DNA from: an uncultured bacterium
GTDB lineage: Bacteria; SAR324; NAC60-12
Assembly: GCA_964010765.1 (NCBI GenBank)
Contig: CAXGMD010000076.1
Span: 1-16,085 of the forward strand
Direction of reading: 5' to 3'
DNA length: 16,085 nt
The position numbers and the translations under genes were made by a program. Shown here piece by piece: positions 1-8,274 of this stretch. Each line of letters opens with the position of its first letter. Position 1 is the stretch's first letter. The notes below the pieces were generated by a model that ran no database searches, was not told the origin of the DNA, and worked only from the letters and a program-made list of their open reading frames with translations.

Positions 1-388
1 TCTCGGACACACTCACATCTGCTATCGTCACCGCTGCACTGTCATCGTCGCTGATCGTTACTGTTGCCGTGTCCGTGATCTCTACACCACTGTGGCTGAC
101 TCCACTCATCCTCACATTGAGAGTCTCACTTTCTTCTACATTCGAATCATTGTTGATCGCAATGCTCACTGTCTCTGCCTCTCCAGCACTACCTGAAAAA
201 GTGACCCGCTTTGAGCCCAAGGCTGTGTAGTCACTACCCGCTAAAGCTGAACCATTGGAGGTCGATACATCCACAGAAAAACCTCCCGACACAGCCCTGT
301 CTAAACGCAGGGTCAGCGTTGCGCTACCAGCATTCTCGGACACACTCACATCTGCTATCGTCACCGCTGCACTGTCATCGTCGCTGAT
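1..388. repeat. Start of a 333-bp (111 aa) tandem repeat inside the adhesin
   Basis: Positions 1-55 are identical to 334-388 (encoding ISDDDSAAVTIADVSVSE); offset 333 nt. Confidence 0.85.
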
Positions 389-3300
389 TGTCAATGTCGT
401 TTTTTGCGTACCTTCCTCAACTGCACTGTTGCCACCTGAGACACCAGCAATATCAATGAAGACTGTTTCTGAGTTCTCCACAGTTTTGTCATTTGCAATT
501 GTCAAAATCGCTGTACCGGATTTGCTCCCAGCTGGAATTGTTATCGTATTGCTGGCGATTGAGTAGTCAGTGTCAAGGGTCGCTGTGCCTGATATATTCA
601 GAGTTACCTTAGTATCCTGTGTTGCAACTACATTTTGGATAGCTGTCAAGCTTACTGAACCTGCATTCTCCAAAACAGAGGAGGCTGCAGCATAAAGAGT
701 TACTGTTGGGGCTGCCTCATCATCACTCGTGCTCACTAGTAGACTCTTGCTGGAAAGAACAGCATACTTGATGTCGTTGGTACTGCTTTTGTTGATGGCT
801 ATTGCTACCTCACTGCTCACCAACTCATCGCGAATCGGATCATCTACGCCCGTGACGGTGATGGTTTGGGCTTGATTCCAATTGGAAGCGTTGAATGTCA
901 ATTCTGATGGATTGACACTTGCCTCAGTATTATCACTAACTGTCACATCAAACATAACCTGACCCATCGGTTGTGATGCTAATGTGATAGTAAAACTATC
1001 TTTGCTTTCTCCAGATGGTAATTTCCATGTTGAATTGCCATTTAAGTTTGATTTCAGAGCTCCTGCAGGGCTCCAAGGGTTACCATCAGCTGCATTTTGA
1101 CTAACAGCAACATATACTAACGCAACACCTTTGTTGCAGTTGCCAGGAATGTTCGTGGCATCGATGAAGTAAGTTCGATCATCAGCAATAATTTGCTGAC
1201 CTACCCCAAACAACGACTGGTTTTGTTGGTATAAAGATAGATTGATACCAAAGAAGTTTTGCCCTGTATTCCAAACGGGTTCGCAGCCAGTCACTTCAAC
1301 ACTGCCAGAAGCCAACGTACCTCCTCCTTCAGAAACTTTTGTTGCTCCATCAGTCTCAACAATCTTAAATGCAGATATGTCATCGTCCTTAACAGTGACT
1401 ACGGCCAGTTGATAACCATTCGTACTTGCTCCACTGCCACCAGAGACTTCTCCTATCGAAATCTTGATTTCTTCTGTATCTTCATCAATCCAGTCTGAAA
1501 TTACCGCCAGGTTGGTTGTCACCTCACGACTGCCCGCAGGAATGGTCAGTGAAGAACTCAAAAGTGAATAGTCTGAGTTCAGGACAGCTGTCCCAGAAGT
1601 GACTAAGGTCACCGTAGTATCAGCTAATGACGCTACATTCTGAGTCACCGTCAAGGTCACTTGACCTCCGCCTTCATTCAAGGAGCTAGCAGATGAAGCC
1701 AAGCTGACCAGCGGAACCGCCCCATCATCAATTGTGCTCACAGGCAAACTCTGACTCATCAGCCCATCATACTTCGAATCCAGCGTATCCTGCTTGTTGA
1801 TTGCAACTTTTACCTCACTGTTGACCAAACCATCACGAATCAAATCATCCTCACCGTAAACCGTTATCGTCTGCGCTTTATTCCAATTAGAAGTATCAAA
1901 CCTCAGCAAGGAAGGAGACACTCTGACCTCTGTTACATCGCTAACTTCTACCAAGAAGGCCACTTTGCCAGTTGGTTCACTCTTCAGGACAACCGAAATT
2001 GTGTCTGTACTACTACCACTCTCGGATACACTCGTACTTCCTCCACTTGCGGCCACAGTGAATCCAGAAACATCATCGTCGTTGATGCTCACTTCAACTT
2101 GATTGCCTCCTGCCTTGGCACCATTGCCACCAGAGACGGAGCTAATCGACACCTCAACCTTCTCAACTGCTTCATCAATGTTATCTGAGACTGCCTGAAG
2201 AGTAGTTGTCACCTCACGACTGCCCGCAGGAATGGTCAGTGAAGAACTCAAAAGTGTGTAGTCTGACAGGGTTGCTGTCCCAGCAGTACTCAAGGTCACC
2301 TTGGTATCAGTCACAGCCACCACATCCTGCTTCACTGTCAGGGTTGCTTGACCACCACTTTCATCCATCGAATTGGCTGACGTAGCCACACTGACAATCG
2401 GATTCCCTTCATCATCACTCGTGCTCACCGATATGTTCTTGCTGGAAAGAGCAGCATACTTGGTGTCGTTCGTACTATTTTTGTTGATGGCTACTGCTAT
2501 CTCACTTTTCACCAACTCATCACGAATCGGGTCATCTACACCAGACACGGTGACTGTCTGAGCTTGATTCCAGTTAGATGCATTGAATGTCAACGAAGAC
2601 TTTGAGACACTAGCCTCCGTACTGTCACTAGCTGTTAGGTCAAACACCACATTGCTGGTCGGCTCGGAGCCCAAAACTACCGTGAACGTGTCTTGGCTTC
2701 CATCCTCCTCAACAGTGGTTGAACCACCTGATTCATTAATCTTAAAAGCTGAAGTATCATCATCGTTAATTGTGATGGAAACCTGCTGCGTATCGCTTTC
2801 AGTTGCGATTCCCCCGAAAACTCCACTGATATCAAGCACTACTGTTTCTGCATCTTCATCAACATAGTCCCCAACACTCTCAAGATTCGTTGTCCCAGTT
2901 GTCTTTCCTGCCAGGATAGTAATGGAAGTACTTGAGAGGGTATAGTCTTTACTGGGAGTTGCACTACCTGAAGGTTCCATTGTCACGATAGTGTCGCTGT
3001 TTGAGACTGCACTGATTGTCGCTGTCAGGACCACTGTTTTTTTATTCTCATCAAGATTGGTTGAGGATGATGCTAGGGTAATGACTGGGGCTGAGTCATT
3101 GTCCATGGTTATCAAATTTAGGCTTTGTGGCGGTAGCTTTGCGTAGGCCAGGTCTGCTGTGCTACTAGTGTTGACCACCAATTTGATCGTTACATTCACA
3201 CTTTGATCATATATATTGTCATCTACACCAGTGACGGTTACGGTCTTCGCAGAGTTCCAATCAGAAGTTGTAAAAGTTAGACTTGAAGTAGAGATATGCG

Positions 3301-5449
3301 CTTCGGTGCTATCATCTGCTGTCAGATCAACAACTACATCACTTGTGGGCTGTGAACCCAGTTTGACAGTAAATGTATCTGTACTGCCATTCTCGTTAAC
3401 AAGTGTAGAACCTTCAGTTTCATTGATTTTGATAGCTACTGTGTCATCATCAGTAATATTCACAGTAGTCTGTTGATTTCCACTTTCAATAGCTCCACTA
3501 CTACTTGACACCCCACTGATTTCGATCAATATTGTCTCACTTTCTTCTGCTAATTGATCTGCAATTCCTGTAATTTTAATTGAGCCAGAAGTACTACCTG
3601 CAGGGATTGTGATAGTATTGCCAGATAGTGAATAGTCTTGATCTAAATTTGCTGTTCCTAAAATGCTGAGCTTTACTTCAGTATTACTTTTAAGAATGGT
3701 ATTGAGGTTGGCTGTTAAGATCACTGAACCCCCGTTCTCTGAAACCAAAGATTCGGTATTCGACAATGTCACGAGGGGAGTTGGTTCATTATCATTGTTG
3801 GTAACTGCTAAACTTTGAGTCAGAATTCCTAAATAACTGTTATCCTTGTTACTTTCCTGATTTACGGACACTAAAACTTTACTACTGATTGCAGAATCGA
3901 TCTCTTCATCGTCCACACCAGTAATAGTAACTTCTTGTGGAATATTCCAATTGGAATTTGTGAAAATTAGTATGGATTCAGAAACTTTAGCTTCTTTAGT
4001 ATTTTCAGAACTGATATTGAGGACGACATTTTCAGTTGGTTGAGAGCCAAGAACCACTGTAAAAATTTCTGTATCACCACTTTCAGTCACTACAGCACTA
4101 CTTTTAGAAAGGCTGAAACCAGCTTGATCATCATCGTTAATTACAAATGAAGCTTGTTGCTCACCATATTCTTTTGCTCCATTACCTCCAGTAACCTCCT
4201 TGATACCAATGATAATTTTTTCATTTTCATCATCTATTTGATCATCAATATTCTGAATTTTAGCTGTACTCGTTTTGCTACCAGCAGGAATTGTAACTGT
4301 ATTGCTTGAGAGTTTATAATCACTACCAAAAGCTGCTGTTCCTGATGTTTCTAACGTAACAGTTGTATCGGTTCCAGCAGCTAGATCCATTATGAACGAA
4401 AGAGTTATTTCCCCACCATTTTCTTCAGCTTCTTCAGCTGAGGCTTTCATTGAAATGTTAGGTGAAGGCTCGTTATCTGCTGTAGTGGTATTCAGATTCT
4501 GACTGGATAATTTGTCGTATGTAGAATCTTTGGTTTTATCTTTATCAACTCCTACGATTATTGTACTAGAGATTGTGCCATCACTGATTTTATCATCTAC
4601 TCCTCTTATCGTAACCGTTTGTGCTAGGCTCCAGTTGTCAATTCCAAATCCAAGTGATGAAGGAGAGGCCGATACTTCACCAGCATCACTGGCAACTACA
4701 GAAAGAACGACGTCGCCAATTGGCCCTGAATCTAGTACTACTGTAAAAGTCTCTGAGTTACCAATTTCTTGAAGAGAAGCATCATTTTTGCTGATCTTAA
4801 ACCCTGCCGGTATTGTTTCGAAATTTTCTAGTTCAGAACTGACTGCCTGAAGTTCTTTATCACTAGCCACCTTACCATCCATTCCTTGATCTTCCATAGT
4901 ACTGTGCAAGTGTTTGAGCGCTGCGGTCGCTGAAATCATTGGCTTCCCCACAGCTTCTGTTACAGCAGTGGTTGCATTGTCAAAGGATTCGACTGGGACA
5001 TCAAAATCAATGGCTTTTCCCTTCAGTGCTGCTTGGGTTGAGGCCTCGATATTGATCCCATTGCTTGGATCTCCATCAGCATCCAAGGTCTGCAACAACC
5101 GACTCAGATTTATTACTTTTGGATCTGCTGTTCCCGAGGCTCCCATTACCTCCACCGGAGTCAATTTGGCTGAACCAGTTACACTTCCTAGGGATACATC
5201 ACCAAGAGTGAAAGAAACTGTATCTCCAGAGTTGTAGTAGAAAGTTCCATTAGTATCGGTGACTCCTGCCAGACCACTACTGGTAATATAGTTTACCCCA
5301 GCTACAGCGCTATCTAAGAAAACTCCAGGACTACCAGCCCGCTCCACAGTATCTGCGGTGACAACTTCATCTTCTTGAATAGCACAACTGGAATTGAGTA
5401 GAAGCACACATGATAAAAATGTTAGCGCTAGATTTCTAAGCCTGGGCAT
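1..5449 (-). CDS. Giant repetitive surface lipoprotein/adhesin with Calx-beta/Ig-like repeats (3'-partial, at least 1816 aa)
   Basis: ATG at 5449-5447 with GGAG 7 nt upstream. The N-terminus MPRLRNLALTFLSCVLLLNSSC is signal-peptide/lipobox-like. A non-repeat module follows (GVFLDSAVAGVNY...NLSRLLQTLDADGDPSNGINI). Then come six pairs of repeats: type A (FTVVL.SQP...LTF...NWN.AQTVTV.GVDD) and type B (GTA....DY.L....TIPAG....D...E..E...I.DDD). The frame at 5449 matches the frame at the window edge (...ADVSVSE), and the ORF track reports no closed ORF in this frame. Confidence 0.95.
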   Translation of the reverse strand, partial: MPRLRNLALTFLSCVLLLNSSCAIQEDEVVTADTVERAGSPGVFLDSAVAGVNYITSSGLAGVTDTNGTFYYNSGDTVSFTLGDVSLGSVTGSAKLTPVEVMGASGTADPKVINLSRLLQTLDADGDPSNGINIEASTQAALKGKAIDFDVPVESFDNATTAVTEAVGKPMISATAALKHLHSTMEDQGMDGKVASDKELQAVSSELENFETIPAGFKISKNDASLQEIGNSETFTVVLDSGPIGDVVLSVVASDAGEVSASPSSLGFGIDNWSLAQTVTIRGVDDKISDGTISSTIIVGVDKDKTKDSTYDKLSSQNLNTTTADNEPSPNISMKASAEEAEENGGEITLSFIMDLAAGTDTTVTLETSGTAAFGSDYKLSSNTVTIPAGSKTSTAKIQNIDDQIDDENEKIIIGIKEVTGGNGAKEYGEQQASFVINDDDQAGFSLSKSSAVVTESGDTEIFTVVLGSQPTENVVLNISSENTKEAKVSESILIFTNSNWNIPQEVTITGVDDEEIDSAISSKVLVSVNQESNKDNSYLGILTQSLAVTNNDNEPTPLVTLSNTESLVSENGGSVILTANLNTILKSNTEVKLSILGTANLDQDYSLSGNTITIPAGSTSGSIKITGIADQLAEESETILIEISGVSSSSGAIESGNQQTTVNITDDDTVAIKINETEGSTLVNENGSTDTFTVKLGSQPTSDVVVDLTADDSTEAHISTSSLTFTTSDWNSAKTVTVTGVDDNIYDQSVNVTIKLVVNTSSTADLAYAKLPPQSLNLITMDNDSAPVITLASSSTNLDENKKTVVLTATISAVSNSDTIVTMEPSGSATPSKDYTLSSTSITILAGKTTGTTNLESVGDYVDEDAETVVLDISGVFGGIATESDTQQVSITINDDDTSAFKINESGGSTTVEEDGSQDTFTVVLGSEPTSNVVFDLTASDSTEASVSKSSLTFNASNWNQAQTVTVSGVDDPIRDELVKSEIAVAINKNSTNDTKYAALSSKNISVSTSDDEGNPIVSVATSANSMDESGGQATLTVKQDVVAVTDTKVTLSTAGTATLSDYTLLSSSLTIPAGSREVTTTLQAVSDNIDEAVEKVEVSISSVSGGNGAKAGGNQVEVSINDDDVSGFTVAASGGSTSVSESGSSTDTISVVLKSEPTGKVAFLVEVSDVTEVRVSPSLLRFDTSNWNKAQTITVYGEDDLIRDGLVNSEVKVAINKQDTLDSKYDGLMSQSLPVSTIDDGAVPLVSLASSASSLNEGGGQVTLTVTQNVASLADTTVTLVTSGTAVLNSDYSLLSSSLTIPAGSREVTTNLAVISDWIDEDTEEIKISIGEVSGGSGASTNGYQLAVVTVKDDDISAFKIVETDGATKVSEGGGTLASGSVEVTGCEPVWNTGQNFFGINLSLYQQNQSLFGVGQQIIADDRTYFIDATNIPGNCNKGVALVYVAVSQNAADGNPWSPAGALKSNLNGNSTWKLPSGESKDSFTITLASQPMGQVMFDVTVSDNTEASVNPSELTFNASNWNQAQTITVTGVDDPIRDELVSSEVAIAINKSSTNDIKYAVLSSKSLLVSTSDDEAAPTVTLYAAASSVLENAGSVSLTAIQNVVATQDTKVTLNISGTATLDTDYSIASNTITIPAGSKSGTAILTIANDKTVENSETVFIDIAGVSGGNSAVEEGTQKTTLTISDDDSAAVTIADVSVSENAGSATLTLRLDRAVSGGFSVDVSTSNGSALAGSDYTALGSKRVTFSGSAGEAETVSIAINNDSNVEESETLNVRMSGVSHSGVEITDTATVTISDDDSAAVTIADVSVSE
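1515..2256. repeat. 52-bp identical direct repeat in adjacent type B domains
   Basis: GTTGTCACCTCACGACTGCCCGCAGGAATGGTCAGTGAAGAACTCAAAAGTG occurs at 1515-1566 and 2205-2256; offset 690 nt, i.e. one A+B unit. Confidence 0.9.
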
Positions 5450-5571
5450 ATTGTCACTCCAGGGAGGAATAATACGTTACAGTAAGAGCCTTGAGCCATC
5501 TTTTTAGCTAACTGCGGTTAATACCGCTAGTTTAGGGAAATACCAGACAGAAAAAATTTGGTTCACTCATT

Positions 5572-5592
5572 ACTGATAATATTTTTATCAGT
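5572..5592. promoter_or_regulatory. Candidate transcription-factor operator upstream of the adhesin
   Basis: Perfect inverted repeat ACTGATAA-N5-TTATCAGT about 125 nt upstream of the adhesin start. Confidence 0.4.
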
Positions 5593-5761
5593 TTTTCAGC
5601 AGTTAGAATTTTTTTTGGATTGCGGTCCGTGAAGCTTTACCCGATTTCAGAAAAGTAGTCAATCGTCTACTTTCTGATAGATCTATTTACGACATCCAAT
5701 GATCTAAGTCACAAAAAGAAATTTTCTGGGAAGTCATGGAATTATCAGATAGGCAAAACTA

Positions 5762-5829
5762 TTCTGTAGATCACTACAGAAATCAGTAATGTGATATCTC
5801 TAAGTGGAGCCCAAGTCACAACTTGGGCT
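5762..5829 (-). terminator. Two hairpins just downstream of the bestrophin gene (possible terminator or stability elements)
   Basis: AGCCCAAGT-CACA-ACTTGGGCT (5808-5829) and TTCTGTAG-ATCA-CTACAGAA (5762-5781) are perfect stems. Neither has a strong U-tract. Confidence 0.4.
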
Positions 5830-5852
5830 TCTTGGGATTTAGGAGTGGGGAA

Positions 5853-6719
5853 TCAGCGCTCAAGAACGTCTTGGATGTCCTTAATGACACCATTGGTCAA
5901 CGGCACGATGGGTAGGTCGTTGGGGTCATCCCCAAAGGGATCTTCGATCTCCAGACCAATCTCTTCGATACCCACCAAGGCATAGATGAAGAAGGCCATG
6001 ATTACCAAAGTCATGTAGCCAAACTGGGGAATCAGGACGAAGGGCAGAGTGACGAAATAGATCCCCATGAACACCTTGAGCTGGTTCACATAAGCGAAGG
6101 GCAAAGGTGTTTGACGGATTCTCCTCAAAGCATGCGTAGCCGCCTGCAAATCGGCAATTGATTGAGCAATCGGATTAAACTCGGAGGGATGCATCCAGCG
6201 CTTGCGGACTCCCAACCGTAGCTCCACATTCAGCATACTGAGCAAGCCATTTAGCTTGTTACTGTGCTGATTCAACCGCTGATGCAGCTGGCCAGTCAGC
6301 TTACCCATCGATTTCAGAGTGATTCCATCCCGCAAGTCATCTCGCATCGCCCCCATGTAGGCCGCCAGTAGCATGCCAATTTGTTGACGGTACTCCTTCT
6401 CCTCTTCTGGAATCACTGCATTTGCTTGATTCATCAGGTTGCGGGCTCCAATGCATAGTGAACCCAGTTGCTTTCTTCCCTCCCAGTAGCGATCGTAGGA
6501 AGTGTTGGTCCGGAAGACCAATAACAACCCGAGCGCGACCCCGACAATAGAGTGAGCTTGGGAGCTCATCTCGAATCCTAGTCCTGTGAACTCGAAAAAT
6601 AGGATTAAGGCCAGAGACCACAACATCATTACAAAGACGTAGGGCAACACTCGTGGAAGCACCGTACCTGTGTAGGCGAAAATGATCTTCAGGCGCTTGT
6701 CAGACTGGTAATTAATCAT
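5853..6719 (-). CDS. Bestrophin family ion channel (YneE-like)
   Basis: Signature motifs LGLLLVFRTNTSYDRYWEGR, RIRQTPLPFAY and EIGLEIEDPFGDDPNDLP; four hydrophobic segments; 288 aa. Confidence 0.95.
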   Translation of the reverse strand: MINYQSDKRLKIIFAYTGTVLPRVLPYVFVMMLWSLALILFFEFTGLGFEMSSQAHSIVGVALGLLLVFRTNTSYDRYWEGRKQLGSLCIGARNLMNQANAVIPEEEKEYRQQIGMLLAAYMGAMRDDLRDGITLKSMGKLTGQLHQRLNQHSNKLNGLLSMLNVELRLGVRKRWMHPSEFNPIAQSIADLQAATHALRRIRQTPLPFAYVNQLKVFMGIYFVTLPFVLIPQFGYMTLVIMAFFIYALVGIEEIGLEIEDPFGDDPNDLPIVPLTNGVIKDIQDVLER

Positions 6720-7241
6720 CAGACTTCTCTCAAAGTAAACATCTAGGGCAGTGAGAATCTTTCTCTATCTAACTCCATGTACAACTGACGCAAGTATAAT
6801 TTTTTCACAATGAGCAAAATTTTGGCCCATTCATCCTATAAAGAACGCTGACCTCAAATTGAATTGTGATCCTTAGAATGGTCTTAAGCTCAGGGAATTC
6901 TTAAACTTTCGCCTTTATCAAAGCTTTCCGACAAACATATTCTCATTATCTTTCGAACGAACCCATCTACTTGTCAACTTCTAGTTTTGGAATATTAGCA
7001 TAGGAGACTCAACGAGTTTAGACACAAAAACAAAAAATCTGAACTGCTGAGTGCTTTAATTTTTAATTGTGCCAGGAGGGCTTGTTGACTTCAACCTGTA
7101 GGAAAGAAGCGCAGAAGGGGAAGGCCTGGTGCAGCGAATGGATCACAGGCGACACCAGTGTCTACAAAAATGAGTTGGGGAGCTATTGAAGATTTTGGAT
7201 CTGAATAATAATAAGCAGCCAAGGACCATCAGCGGATTGCT

Positions 7242-7349
7242 TCAGCCGATGTCTGGCACCTCAAGAGCTGTTTCGAGCACACCAAGAATAATAAAGATGG
7301 CTACCATGAAGATGAGCCAGATAAAGAAGTTTCTACCGTCATTCATCAT
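7242..7349 (-). CDS. Small single-pass membrane peptide, 35 aa (paralog 1)
   Basis: MMNDGRNFFIWLIFMVAIFIILGVLETALEVPDIG*. AGGAG lies 6 nt upstream. 26/34 residues are identical to 7755..7859, with many synonymous differences. Confidence 0.85.
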   Translation of the reverse strand: MMNDGRNFFIWLIFMVAIFIILGVLETALEVPDIG

Positions 7350-7667
7350 AACTGACTCCTACTCTTTTGGATTTGGAGTTGTAGTATGGTGGATTAAGTG
7401 CGGCTAGTAGTTACCTATCAGTCAGTAATGTCAAGCGATGGTTTCATAAAAATCTACTGCATTGGCTGATTTCACCTTATCTTTAAGACTACAGGCAATT
7501 GATTACAAAAGCCCGAAGAGCACATCAACGAACAAAAATACTATTTTTATCAGTAGCTTATCCGTGTAGCGGAATCAATGAAAAGGGCCACAGTGTTCTC
7601 AAAGCAGGTTAACTTGAGCAATGGCTACAGAAGCGAAATAAGTGGGACGTGAGGTCTTGGTGAACCG

Positions 7668-7710
7668 AAGAACCACAACTCATCGTGAAGTCCAACAAGT
7701 TATGGTTCTT
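7668..7710 (-). other. Long strand-specific hairpin in the 3' region of peptide paralog 2
   Basis: Minus strand AAGAACCATAACTTGTTG-GACTTCA-CGATGAGTTGTGGTTCTT forms 18 contiguous pairs including 4 G-U pairs, which are A-C mismatches on the plus strand. Confidence 0.6.
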
Positions 7711-7754
7711 GGTGAGTCCGGTAGGATGTTGATTGGGATCTGCGGCGGATTTAT

Positions 7755-7859
7755 TTAGGAAATATCTGGAACCTCCAGAAGTGTCTCCAGTACTGCGAGT
7801 GTGACAAATATTGCGACCATGAAAACGAGCCACACAAAGAAGTTTCTACCTTCATTCAT
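7755..7859 (-). CDS. Small single-pass membrane peptide, 34 aa (paralog 2)
   Basis: MNEGRNFFVWLVFMVAIFVTLAVLETLLEVPDIS*. GGGAG RBS upstream; paralog of 7242..7349. Confidence 0.85.
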   Translation of the reverse strand: MNEGRNFFVWLVFMVAIFVTLAVLETLLEVPDIS

Positions 7860-8131
7860 AGGTAGTTCTCCCGAGGATTGTTGAGCCAAATCCGCAGAGA
7901 ATGAAGGAGAAGTAGACTAGCTCCGTTCAGATAAGTTCTCAATTAGCTTGATTGGCCTAAAGGCTCCAGCTCTCCCAGGGAGATGTTTCCAGTTCTGCCA
8001 ACGAAGCAAAAATACAACTCATGCAAACCGATGAATGCGAGTCCTTCTTCTGTCATTTCTATCTGATGTGATAACGCTTCCTTGCGTGCCAGTAAATCCA
8101 TTTGGGATTTGGCCTCTGCAATATCCGGGGC

Positions 8132-8159
8132 AATTATGATTTTACTCTAAATCATAACT
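8132..8159. promoter_or_regulatory. AT-rich 11-6-11 inverted repeat (operator or recombinase-like site)
   Basis: AATTATGATTT-TACTCT-AAATCATAACT; the inner 9 bp of the arms are perfect, with one mismatch over 11 bp. Confidence 0.35.
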
Positions 8160-8274
8160 CGTACTATCTAGAACAGACTGTAAAGGTAGCCCTAAATTTT
8201 AAGAGATTCTAGAAATGAAGTTTTTGAGGTGAGTTATCAGAAGGTATTTGATGGCCTTTCATTAGGCTAAGTGT

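Noticed and set aside
255..5237. Plus-strand ORFs 255..566, 1259..1498, 2373..2561, 2583..2867, 3216..3476, 4512..4772, 4914..5237
   Set aside because: Antisense shadows of the giant minus-strand adhesin; Ser/Val/Thr-rich mirror composition.
5572..5592. Fur box
   Set aside because: Contains GATAAT, but the half-site spacing does not fit the 7-1-7 or 19-bp consensus; kept only as a generic operator.
5791..6621. ORFs 5791..5985 (+) and 6337..6621 (-)
   Set aside because: They overlap the well-supported bestrophin gene, antisense or out of frame.
7186..7833. ORFs 7186..7407 (+) and 7609..7833 (-)
   Set aside because: They overlap the micropeptide genes; paralog conservation supports the short frames instead.
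7943..8155. Minus-strand frame MI*SKIIIAPDIAEAKSQMDLLARKEAL...FIGLHELYF (52 aa from ATG 8101)
   Set aside because: Looks vaguely protein-like and may be a decayed gene, but there is no motif I can support.
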